Assembly: GCA_964455875.1 (NCBI GenBank)
Contig: CAYVYZ010000002.1
Coordinates: 655-64,654, forward strand
DNA: 64,000 nt
Direction: 5' to 3'
DNA from: an uncultured Planctomycetia bacterium
GTDB lineage: Bacteria > Omnitrophota > Gorgyraeia > Duberdicusellales > 4484-171
Made by a program: the position numbers and the translations under genes. The number at the start of each line of letters is the position of its first letter. Position 1 is the stretch's first letter. Below the pieces are notes generated by a model, which was not told the origin of the DNA, did no database searches, and worked only from the letters and a program-made list of their open reading frames with translations. Positions 55,756 to 64,000 of this stretch are shown here, piece after piece.

Positions 55756-56922
55756 ATGTATGAATTAAGTGGAGTAGATAAAAAAAATAAGAGTGGTGGA
55801 GACCAGCAAGAACGAATTGAAGCACTAAGCCAGAAATTATTTGGTAAACCTGTAAAAGAAATAAAATACCTTTATGTAACGAATTACATTCACAAACAAT
55901 TATTAGATGAAGATTTAACAAGAACAGGACTTTATCAATGGATTAATGTTTTCAATGGTGAAGTAAAGTATCCTAGGGATGTCATAAACTATAATGATTA
56001 TGACATCGTCCATATTAATATGGCACCACAAGACGTCCATTTAATATATAAAGTAAGACAAGAAATAGGGGATAACTCAAAGACTAAGCTCGTGGTTAAC
56101 AACGATTTTACATCAGAGATGTGGGCTAGCTCGTATGATTTTCCACACACACTAGAAGCAATATTGAAGTATCCAGACATGATTTTTGGAACAGAATATT
56201 TTCAAGTAAGTGCTTTATCAGAGTTAGCGCATAGAAAAGTATACATTATACCGCATCCTGCAGATGTTAGAAGATTAAAAGCATTAACACCGTTACCAAA
56301 GAAACCAATAATTTCAACGATTTGGAGGCGATACGACAGGTTCGCTTATGTGCCAAGCCTTGTTGTTAGAAATCATGGTTTAACAACACAATTAATTGGT
56401 TATGACAAAGAGAAAGATAACAGATTTTTTATGACATCAACACTTTATGATTATGTGTTAGCAGGAACCAACTTTTTCGAGTTTTGTGACCAATTACGTG
56501 AAAGCAAAATAGTTTATGACCCATTTACTTTTCATAGTTATAGTAGAACAACAGTAGATACTGCGGCTATGGGAGTAGCTGTTGTTGGAAGCGACAGGAC
56601 ACAAAGTATGAAAATTTGTTATCCATACACTTGTGTCGACCCTTATGACGTATCCAGGGCAAGACAATTAATAAGAAGGTTGTTAGAAGACGAAGATTTT
56701 TATGAGTTGGTAGTCAAAACAGCTAAAGAAAAAGTGGAGTTTTACAATCACCAGAACTCAAGAGAAAGATTTTTAGTAGCGCTTCATGATTCAATTTATG
56801 GTAAAGAAGAAAAAAAAGAAGATATAAAAAAGAAGACCACTATCTCCAGAGGAAGAGGAGATGATGTGCTTGATTTACACGCAAATAGTATAACAAGAGG
56901 CAAGTCAAAGAATGAGCAATAA
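55756..56922 (+). CDS. glycosyltransferase-like protein (GT-B?) inside the structural block
   Basis: TVDTAAMGVAVVGSD looks like a GT-B C-terminal motif, but the call is weak. Confidence 0.35.
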   Translation: MYELSGVDKKNKSGGDQQERIEALSQKLFGKPVKEIKYLYVTNYIHKQLLDEDLTRTGLYQWINVFNGEVKYPRDVINYNDYDIVHINMAPQDVHLIYKVRQEIGDNSKTKLVVNNDFTSEMWASSYDFPHTLEAILKYPDMIFGTEYFQVSALSELAHRKVYIIPHPADVRRLKALTPLPKKPIISTIWRRYDRFAYVPSLVVRNHGLTTQLIGYDKEKDNRFFMTSTLYDYVLAGTNFFEFCDQLRESKIVYDPFTFHSYSRTTVDTAAMGVAVVGSDRTQSMKICYPYTCVDPYDVSRARQLIRRLLEDEDFYELVVKTAKEKVEFYNHQNSRERFLVALHDSIYGKEEKKEDIKKKTTISRGRGDDVLDLHANSITRGKSKNEQ

Positions 56923-57023
56923 AAAAACCAAAGAAAAAATAAGGACTAAATTAGAAATTAATAAGTTTTCACTAGGTTACATTTGGTTAAGACTTAAAAA
57001 GATTTTTAGTTAGGATTTTAAAA

Positions 57024-57377
57024 ATGGGACACATATTAGGAGTTCACTTCAAAGATTTTCAAAAATTATGTAAGAATCACAGAATTTATTATTATAAAGG
57101 AGAGGGTTTTTATGACTTGCATTTCATATCGGATGGGTTGATTGTTAAAACAACAATATTAGAGTCTCAAATAACAAACCCTGCTCAATTTTTTGCTGAC
57201 AAGATGTTTTATGGGGCAATACAATTAACGTTTCAACTCCCAGACCCAGATTATGATGCGGTTGTTAAAGTTGAAGGCGTAAAAATGCCTTTGGAGTCAC
57301 CGATTAAAATTAAGGAAAACTTACCAGAGGAAGTTAAAAGAACAAATATTCAACGGGAAGGTGTTGAAGAAGAATAA
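57024..57377 (+). CDS. hypothetical protein
   Basis: 117 aa. Confidence 0.35.
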   Translation: MGHILGVHFKDFQKLCKNHRIYYYKGEGFYDLHFISDGLIVKTTILESQITNPAQFFADKMFYGAIQLTFQLPDPDYDAVVKVEGVKMPLESPIKIKENLPEEVKRTNIQREGVEEE

Positions 57378-57379
57378 AT

Positions 57380-57700
57380 ATGGCGACTATCCAAGATAGA
57401 CATAATCCATCACGGAAAGTAACTGTAACTGCCAACGGTGAATTAAAGATTATTGGCAACCAGCCTGATGGTAGTATACGGGTTACTGAAACAGGTGATG
57501 AATCTAAGATTATAGATGATGTGTCATCTACAAACATTACATTTTTTTGTTATGCGCCTCCAGGAACCGATGTTGGAAGCGCGGCTTGGAAGATTAAAAT
57601 CATTGATGAAACCGGAGGATATCCGGTGGTTAAATACGCAGATGGCGACGATGAGTATGACAACATCGCCGCTGATAGAAACAATTTATCATATTCATAA
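57380..57700 (+). CDS. hypothetical structural protein
   Basis: 106 aa. Confidence 0.35.
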   Translation: MATIQDRHNPSRKVTVTANGELKIIGNQPDGSIRVTETGDESKIIDDVSSTNITFFCYAPPGTDVGSAAWKIKIIDETGGYPVVKYADGDDEYDNIAADRNNLSYS

Positions 57701-57840
57701 ATAGGTAACACGCCATAGATTTGGCATATTGCCAAATAGTGCAAATTAAGATGTTACATAATAGATTTGATTAGAAAACAAACTATTTCATGCTACTTCT
57801 TAATTTGCAAAAGGCTATAATTAAAATAGGTGAATAACAT

Positions 57841-58071
57841 ATGAAAATACTAGATGTTAATAAGAACGAAAGAAACATAATAGATGGTAGTTTAAAAGTA
57901 ATTTCTCATGAGGTACCTGCTACAGGGCCTCATGCTAAAGAAGGAGAAACTATAAGTAAAAAATTTGTGCAGGTTATGATTAAACCTCATTTTGATACAA
58001 GAAGCCCGTACCCACAATTCATTCCATTAGACAAATTCAAGGAATTAAACCCAGATATTAAGTTGGAGTAA
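57841..58071 (+). CDS. hypothetical protein
   Basis: 76 aa. Confidence 0.3.
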   Translation: MKILDVNKNERNIIDGSLKVISHEVPATGPHAKEGETISKKFVQVMIKPHFDTRSPYPQFIPLDKFKELNPDIKLE

Positions 58072-58077
58072 TAATGT

Positions 58078-58353
58078 ATGAAAAAACCAGTATTGTCACA
58101 CCCAAGATATGTAAGGAAAGGTAAATGCCTTAGATGTGGATTTTGTTGTTTAAATGAAAATTGTGAACATTTTGAATGGATAGAAAAAGACGGTAAGAAA
58201 ATCGCTAACTGTAAGATATTCGGAAAACCCGAAAGACCTGAAAAGTGTGTTAATTTTCCGCAAGCACCTCCGTTGCTTAATCCCAAATGCGGTTATTATT
58301 TTTTAGATACATGGGAAAACAACAGGAAAGTTAAGATGGGAGGAGATTTGTAA
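58078..58353 (+). CDS. CxxCxxCC metal-binding domain protein (YkgJ/UPF0153-like)
   Basis: CLRCGFCC...C...C. Confidence 0.45.
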   Translation: MKKPVLSHPRYVRKGKCLRCGFCCLNENCEHFEWIEKDGKKIANCKIFGKPERPEKCVNFPQAPPLLNPKCGYYFLDTWENNRKVKMGGDL

Positions 58354-60383
58354 TGGCAGTAACGGTCGGAGTAACAGGAAACGTATTAACTATAAATACT
58401 TGCGAGGATGCAAGTCAATGGTTAGGAGAAACCCCGGTTGATGTAACAGATTTTTATAAAGAAGGAAGTCAGTGTGTTGGATTTACGGTCAGAGGTGTAG
58501 GAAATAACGATGTTACAATTAGTGGTAACTGGAATCTTTCGGGCAAACACCTTAGGTTCTGGTTAATGACTGTTGCTCTTAAAGAACTCGATACGGAAGC
58601 GAATGGTGGGGTTCAGGTAATTTTAGGAGATGGCTCGAATACAGGGTACTACACCGTTTTGGGAGGAGACACATACCCCGGTGGTTGGTATAATATTGTT
58701 CTTGATTGCGATAGAACACCTGACGCGGGTTCTCAACCCACATTAACATCTATTACAACCATCGGAGTTAGGTTTAAACATACCGCTAGCGCAAAAAACG
58801 CTCAAAACACATGGATAGATATGGTTCATTGTTGTGATGGTCTTTATGCCTACGGAGATGATGGAGGAAGCAGTTTTGATTTTGATGATATACTATCAGC
58901 AGACGAAGACATTACAAATGGTGGTTGGGGTGTTATAAGAAAAATAGGAGGCATTTATTACCTAACAGGTAAACTCGTTTTCGGTGATAGTTCAGGCACA
59001 AATTCATGTGATTTTACAGACACTAATAAAATAATTGTTTTCGAGAATAGACGAGTAGATTCAGGACTTTATGGAATAGAATTAGTAGATAATGGCACAG
59101 GCACCACTCAATTTCAATTAGGAACGAAATCAGGAGATAGGGGCGTGTCGGGTTGTGTCATATCTACAGAAAGTACTACACAAACTCCTAAATGGTATTT
59201 CGATGCTAAAACAGATACAGATGTTGATAATTGTAAATTATACGGCTGTACATTCCTTGATTCATCAACATTTGATTTACCTTTAAATGCCTCTAATGTT
59301 GAATCATTGAGTTGTACTTTTGAAGGATGTGGGGTAATTACACCTCAGACATCAAAAATGGAATATTGTAATTTCATTTCAGCAAAATCAGATGCTATGA
59401 CCATTAGTAGCACAACACTCAACGTCAAGTATTGCAATTTTATTAATCCTACTGATAACGCTATACAGATAACTTCGACAGGCGCCTATCAATTCTATGA
59501 TATGGTCTTTTCGGGTACAGGTGTGTCGGGTCCTTATGATATAGAGAATACCACAGCAGGATTAGTTACAATTCAGAATAATGGGGTTTCTAATGCTCAA
59601 TATTCAAATGAGACAGGAGGAGGAACAACTGAATTTCAGTCAACTAAAACTGTTTCGGTTCATGTAGAAGACCAAAGTGGTAATGCTATACAAGGTGCTC
59701 AAGTTTATATTCAGAAAGCCACTCCAGACGTATATACTGGTTCTGCTGCCGCAGATACTACTGGTAGCACAGCTTTCATTGTTAGAGAATCACTTGCGGC
59801 AGACATACCGGCTACTGGATGGATAAAAGTTAGAGACAATAGTGAAAACACAGAACAATTATACAGATATTCTAGTAAGGACAGCACCGCTAAAAAATTC
59901 ATTTTTAATACTAAGATTGGTCCTACTCCTTGTACGGGCACCGGTACAGGAACTAATATGGAAGATACTAATAATGACTTAACCGCATTAAATATTGTTG
60001 AAGGAGATACTATTAGGAATGAGACTGATAAGAGTTGGGCGACGGTGATAAAAGTTGCTAGCGCGGATAACATTTATACTACTCAACTAGTTGGTGGGGA
60101 AGATAATACTTGGACTAGTGGAGATAATTATTCTCTTCATAACCTAGCAACAACTTATAGTTCTGCAGACACCGTTTATGTGCCAATAATGAATGAAGAG
60201 ACAGATGTTGCTGGAAGCACATCGATGTCATATAATTACAGCACTGATGTTCCAATAACGGTTAGAATAAGGTTATCACCTTCTGGTAGCACCAGATATT
60301 TACCTTATAAAACCAGCGGAACAATAACAAACAGGGGTTATGAGGTAACAGCAGTATTAATAGAAGATGATATTGCTACATAA
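58353..60383 (+). CDS. beta-helix tail fibre or tailspike-like protein
   Basis: Repetitive C..F/N-ladder segments (CTFEGCGVITP...YCNFISAK...YCNFINPT). Its C-terminal module is shared with the 60694 gene. Confidence 0.5.
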   Translation: MAVTVGVTGNVLTINTCEDASQWLGETPVDVTDFYKEGSQCVGFTVRGVGNNDVTISGNWNLSGKHLRFWLMTVALKELDTEANGGVQVILGDGSNTGYYTVLGGDTYPGGWYNIVLDCDRTPDAGSQPTLTSITTIGVRFKHTASAKNAQNTWIDMVHCCDGLYAYGDDGGSSFDFDDILSADEDITNGGWGVIRKIGGIYYLTGKLVFGDSSGTNSCDFTDTNKIIVFENRRVDSGLYGIELVDNGTGTTQFQLGTKSGDRGVSGCVISTESTTQTPKWYFDAKTDTDVDNCKLYGCTFLDSSTFDLPLNASNVESLSCTFEGCGVITPQTSKMEYCNFISAKSDAMTISSTTLNVKYCNFINPTDNAIQITSTGAYQFYDMVFSGTGVSGPYDIENTTAGLVTIQNNGVSNAQYSNETGGGTTEFQSTKTVSVHVEDQSGNAIQGAQVYIQKATPDVYTGSAAADTTGSTAFIVRESLAADIPATGWIKVRDNSENTEQLYRYSSKDSTAKKFIFNTKIGPTPCTGTGTGTNMEDTNNDLTALNIVEGDTIRNETDKSWATVIKVASADNIYTTQLVGGEDNTWTSGDNYSLHNLATTYSSADTVYVPIMNEETDVAGSTSMSYNYSTDVPITVRIRLSPSGSTRYLPYKTSGTITNRGYEVTAVLIEDDIAT

Positions 60384-60388
60384 GTTAG

Positions 60389-60661
60389 ATGGAGGAATTA
60401 AAAATGCGTACGGACGATATTAAAAGACAATATTTTATAAATAATGATTATAAGGGGTTAAAAAGAGGTAAAAGAATTATGTTAACAAGAAAGGAGGCTA
60501 AACCACTTATTAATAACAGGGTGTTATTACCTTTTCGTGTTGCTGTAAGGCAAGGATTGGTAAAACCCACAAATGATGTTAGTTTCGTTGAGGAGGAACT
60601 AGAAGCAACAGTGAAAAAAATAAAGGGGGCTAAAAAGTCTTCAAGACGAAAAAAAGAATAA
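60389..60661 (+). CDS. hypothetical basic protein
   Basis: 90 aa. Confidence 0.3.
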   Translation: MEELKMRTDDIKRQYFINNDYKGLKRGKRIMLTRKEAKPLINNRVLLPFRVAVRQGLVKPTNDVSFVEEELEATVKKIKGAKKSSRRKKE

Positions 60662-60693
60662 ATTAAAAATATGAAAAATAAAAGGAGGAAAAA

Positions 60694-63345
60694 ATGGCTA
60701 TTGGCGACGATTTTACGATAGACTACACGAACAAAAGAATATATCATTCAAGCGGTTCTACTGTTTATACGGTTAACGAACTTTATTCGTATTTACAGGA
60801 TACCTTTGATGAGTTAGTTCAAATGGATGACGAGGTGCCGATGAGCGCACAGACACCAACAGCTTATCGTATGATAAATGGTTGGTGGTTAGATATTAGT
60901 GAGCTTAGTCAAGCACATAAGTATTTAAAAGAAGGAGCAATAGAAACCAGTGGTTACGCTCACCCAACAAATCCGAACGGGATAAGGCTGCTTAAATTAG
61001 ATGGAACTTCTGGTTTAACAGCTAATGATATAGGGAAAACCGTGGAAGGAGTTACAACTGGAGACACAGGAACCTTACTAGGGTACGACACAACTCTGAA
61101 CTACCTTTGGGTAAGATGTGATGCCGCAGATGATTTGTTTGACAATACCTCTGAGGATATAAATGTAGACTCTGTTCTATGTGGAGCAATGAATGGAGTA
61201 GCTTCAACTAGTGGAGAAGAGTTATACGCAAACGTTTATACTCTGGGTACCATAGAATCAACGCCTGCCCCACAGATATATATTTTTCAGGCTGGGTCTG
61301 CTATTGCTGAGTGGAGTACATTATCTAATTGGGATAGGGGACATATTGATGTCCTTATTCAAGTTAAAGAGATGGGAACAGAAATAGATGGGGCACAAAT
61401 AACTGTTTTCGCCAGACAGCAAGGAGACCTGTTTGACCACTTCGAGATTGACTTATCAAACGGTGGTCGTAACGCAGTTCCATTGTCTACTCAAGCAGAT
61501 ATTAACAACACAACCCCAGACTACTATATTTTCTATGATAATGGTAACGGAACAAATTTCCAACCTTATGAAATCATACAAGATAGCTCTTCGTATGATT
61601 GGCAAGCAGAGGTTGTGACACAAGATGAGTGGACATCAGGAGTTGGTGTTCTTGGTATCAGAGGAGTTAAAGGTACTCCCGCAGATGGAGACTCGTTTAT
61701 TGGTTCAACAAGCGGAGCAACAGGAGATATTAATGCTAGTGGAACAGGAGTTCTTGGAACAGGTTACATAGCTTATAAAAACTGGTCTTCAGATTTTGCA
61801 ACAGGAGAACATATAGTTGGAAGCACGAGTTCAGCTAAGAGAAGACTTATTGGTATTTATGAAGATGTGTCAGACACTTCCGGTTATTTGCTTTATGATA
61901 CCAGTAGTGGTTTTACAGGAGCTAACCGTAGTGCTTTCTATAAACTATTTGAAGCAGATGAAAGACTTATTTCAACTAGTGGAGACGCCTATGCAAGCAC
62001 AGCACCAACAGAAGCCGTTGCAGGATTTGACGATATAACAGTAGCATTCGTTAATGGAACATGCGCTTATGGTACAAGCTCAGGAACATTTATCTATGGA
62101 GAAAGAGTAACATGGGGTAGTGATGAAGGAATCATCTTATATGATGATGGTTCTGGTGTGATGACTCTTGGAAATTGCTCTACAACCGCTTTTACTGGTA
62201 GTGTTGTTGGTGATATTTCTGGTGCAGAAAGAGCTGTTAATGGAAGAACATTAACGTCTGAACACACCATGAATAAAGCGTTTACACAGCAAACAGCTTA
62301 TCCATATGACATCATTATTGAGTGCGGTTCCATCTATGAAGCAGGCAGAACACTTGACCAAGTATATGAGTATCTGAAGTTTATAACCCAAGAAGACTCA
62401 ACGTTTTCAATGCATACTGTCGTATCAGGTGTTATTACCCCACTTGATGGAGAAGAATACATTCAAGCTTATACCGGCTACACACCAAAGAAGCAGGCAC
62501 CTTTCGGAACATTCGCAGGAGGAGTATTTTTTGGTGCTCAAGGAGTATGGCTGGAAGGAATGGACTCTAGTGATAATGAAAACTTCTCTTTGATAGATAG
62601 TAATGGTACGGTTAGAAACCCACCCACACAAGCAACCATGACAGTTACTTCATTGGTTTCTGGTGATAGGGTCGCAGTATTCCTTACATCAGGAGGAGAA
62701 ATAAATAAGACGCAGTATAACAGCATGGATTCTGGTAATAATGCAGGAAATACAACGTTTGTTATTGAAGAAGCTATAGCACAAGACACACCTAATAGTG
62801 GTAAAATAAGAGTTGTTGACGACGACTATTCAGCTTTTAAAGAACACAGGTATAGATATGCTAGTTGGAGTGGAAGCACGTTTAACCTTGTAACTGGGGC
62901 ATCTGGTAGTGCTAGCGCACAATCTAGTGGAGACGATTTATGGGATGACAGTGCAGATTTTGGCGGAACAGACGACGTCGAAGTTGGAGATGTGATTAGG
63001 AATACCACTGATGGTAGTTTTGGATACATTTATGATATTGCAAGCGCAACCAAACTAAGTGCTAAGTTATTTAATGGAACAAACAACGACTTTGGAGCTA
63101 ACGACAGTTATTACACCAACGTGTTAGGAACCACATATGATGATGGTGATACTGCTTATGTACCACTAATTGATGAAGAAGCGACTGGCACAAGCGTAGA
63201 AGAAACAGTTCTTTACTCTACAGACAGAACAGTGTTGATTAGGGTAAGAAAGAAAGGAATACTTCCATTTGAGACTACTGGTAACTTTACAAGCGCCGGA
63301 CTAACAGTATCTGCAATTAGAACAACAGACTCTATAGTATCATAA
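60694..63345 (+). CDS. large fibre or receptor-binding protein, paralogous at its C-terminus to the 58353 gene
   Basis: 883 aa. The tail ...DTAYVPLIDEEATGTS...TDRTVLIRVRKKG... parallels ...DTVYVPIMNEETDVAGS...VPITVRIRLSPSG. Confidence 0.5.
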   Translation: MAIGDDFTIDYTNKRIYHSSGSTVYTVNELYSYLQDTFDELVQMDDEVPMSAQTPTAYRMINGWWLDISELSQAHKYLKEGAIETSGYAHPTNPNGIRLLKLDGTSGLTANDIGKTVEGVTTGDTGTLLGYDTTLNYLWVRCDAADDLFDNTSEDINVDSVLCGAMNGVASTSGEELYANVYTLGTIESTPAPQIYIFQAGSAIAEWSTLSNWDRGHIDVLIQVKEMGTEIDGAQITVFARQQGDLFDHFEIDLSNGGRNAVPLSTQADINNTTPDYYIFYDNGNGTNFQPYEIIQDSSSYDWQAEVVTQDEWTSGVGVLGIRGVKGTPADGDSFIGSTSGATGDINASGTGVLGTGYIAYKNWSSDFATGEHIVGSTSSAKRRLIGIYEDVSDTSGYLLYDTSSGFTGANRSAFYKLFEADERLISTSGDAYASTAPTEAVAGFDDITVAFVNGTCAYGTSSGTFIYGERVTWGSDEGIILYDDGSGVMTLGNCSTTAFTGSVVGDISGAERAVNGRTLTSEHTMNKAFTQQTAYPYDIIIECGSIYEAGRTLDQVYEYLKFITQEDSTFSMHTVVSGVITPLDGEEYIQAYTGYTPKKQAPFGTFAGGVFFGAQGVWLEGMDSSDNENFSLIDSNGTVRNPPTQATMTVTSLVSGDRVAVFLTSGGEINKTQYNSMDSGNNAGNTTFVIEEAIAQDTPNSGKIRVVDDDYSAFKEHRYRYASWSGSTFNLVTGASGSASAQSSGDDLWDDSADFGGTDDVEVGDVIRNTTDGSFGYIYDIASATKLSAKLFNGTNNDFGANDSYYTNVLGTTYDDGDTAYVPLIDEEATGTSVEETVLYSTDRTVLIRVRKKGILPFETTGNFTSAGLTVSAIRTTDSIVS

Positions 63346-63394
63346 AACTAATTTTTTATTTTTTATTTTATTTTTTTAGAACAGGGGCTAGTAA

Positions 63395-64000
63395 ATGGTT
63401 AATTTTGAATATGATAAAGTATCCAAAATTATAACGATACCTGATACGCAAGATTCTGTAACTATACAGGCTTTAATAGATGATATTAGGGATTTTGAGG
63501 ATGAGTTACATAACATGGAAACCTATAAGATAGCCGATGCAAGCGGTAAACAAGACCTTGGTGGAGGCACAGCGGTAGGTATAACACTTACACTTATAGA
63601 CTGGAAATTAAAGTTTGCAGATAGGCCGGGCCCAGATTATGTTCTTTGTAGTGTTTCGGGTGGTAATCTTGTTAGATACGATACTACCACACAGACATAT
63701 GGGAATCCTATTGAGCCTTCTGAATACGTGACAGTAAGTTTAACAGCATCTTCATCGGCCACTATATCCACCGTGGAACTTGAAGAATTGAATTATAATG
63801 GGAGTGTTTTTATTGATAGTGTTGGGGGGACAAGCGGAACTACTTATCCCATTGGAACAATGGCTAGCCCAGTAGACAACATATCTGATGCAAGAACGAT
63901 TGCGGATAGTTATGGAATCGAAGTTTTCCATATTCACGGAAGCGTCACGCTTGACACTAATTATGATAGTTTTATATTCGTGTCTGATAGTCCTGCTAAG
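63395..64000 (+). CDS. structural protein, 3'-partial, probably fibre or baseplate related
   Basis: The ATG is at 63395 (MVNFEYDKVSKIITIPDTQDS...) and the ORF stays open to the window end. Confidence 0.4.
   Translation, partial: MVNFEYDKVSKIITIPDTQDSVTIQALIDDIRDFEDELHNMETYKIADASGKQDLGGGTAVGITLTLIDWKLKFADRPGPDYVLCSVSGGNLVRYDTTTQTYGNPIEPSEYVTVSLTASSSATISTVELEELNYNGSVFIDSVGGTSGTTYPIGTMASPVDNISDARTIADSYGIEVFHIHGSVTLDTNYDSFIFVSDSPAK

Noticed and set aside
55730-56180. Minus-strand ORFs 55730..55921 and 55998..56180
   Set aside because: They are antisense to the 55756..56922 plus-strand gene in an all-plus structural block.

Overview
This 64-kb window is AT-rich and densely coding, and it reads like a contiguous piece of a large tailed virus genome (Caudoviricetes-like). 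Genes from 1 to ~49.8 kb are almost all on the minus strand, and genes from ~49.9 kb onward are all on the plus strand, with a divergent regulatory gap at 49846-49949.

Left block (1-33 kb): a replication, recombination and nucleotide-metabolism module whose proteins look archaeal or eukaryotic in type.
- Class II ribonucleotide reductase, an RFC-like clamp loader and a PCNA-like sliding clamp.
- A RadA/Rad51-type recombinase with an N-terminal HhH domain.
- A Cas4-like Fe-S nuclease, an AEP primase-polymerase, a minimal ATP-dependent DNA ligase and a glutaredoxin.
- HNH endonuclease, HAD phosphatase, several CPxCG/zinc-ribbon mini-proteins, and a 5'-partial DNA methyltransferase whose motif I carries a 158-aa mini-intein.

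The same block also holds several unusual accessory features:
- an E1-like (ThiF/MoeB) adenylyltransferase next to a JAMM/MPN+ protease fusion, a possible ubiquitin-like or SAMP-like conjugation system;
- a 9-member family of small proteins that all end in the same C-terminal tail, NW[KR]x[VI]L[KN];
- a second set of proteins sharing an acidic EFSF(E/D) motif;
- two secreted proteases, a lipoprotein trypsin-like enzyme and an HExxH metalloprotease.

Middle (32.7-35.4 kb): about 2.5 kb of essentially non-coding DNA. It contains a 160-nt polypurine tandem-repeat tract, GC-rich palindromic repeats flanking an AT-rich stretch, and a roughly 28-bp-period iteron array. I read this as a candidate replication origin or centromere-like region.

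Right of that, still on the minus strand, lie a glycosyltransferase, a ClpP-like protease, the terminase large subunit, and a ~10-kb sugar-nucleotide and glycan biosynthesis cluster. The cluster includes a heptose kinase, an SDR epimerase/dehydratase, a DegT-type aminotransferase fused to a methyltransferase, an FkbM methyltransferase, a nucleotide-sugar dehydrogenase and four glycosyltransferases.

Plus-strand block (49.9-64 kb): an HK97-type structural module with portal, prohead protease, a Glu/Lys-rich scaffold, major capsid protein and an intrinsic terminator, followed by a glycosyltransferase-like gene and two paralogous beta-helix fibre or spike proteins.

No rRNA, tRNA or CRISPR array was recognised. 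All functional calls come from motif reading by eye and no database search was possible.
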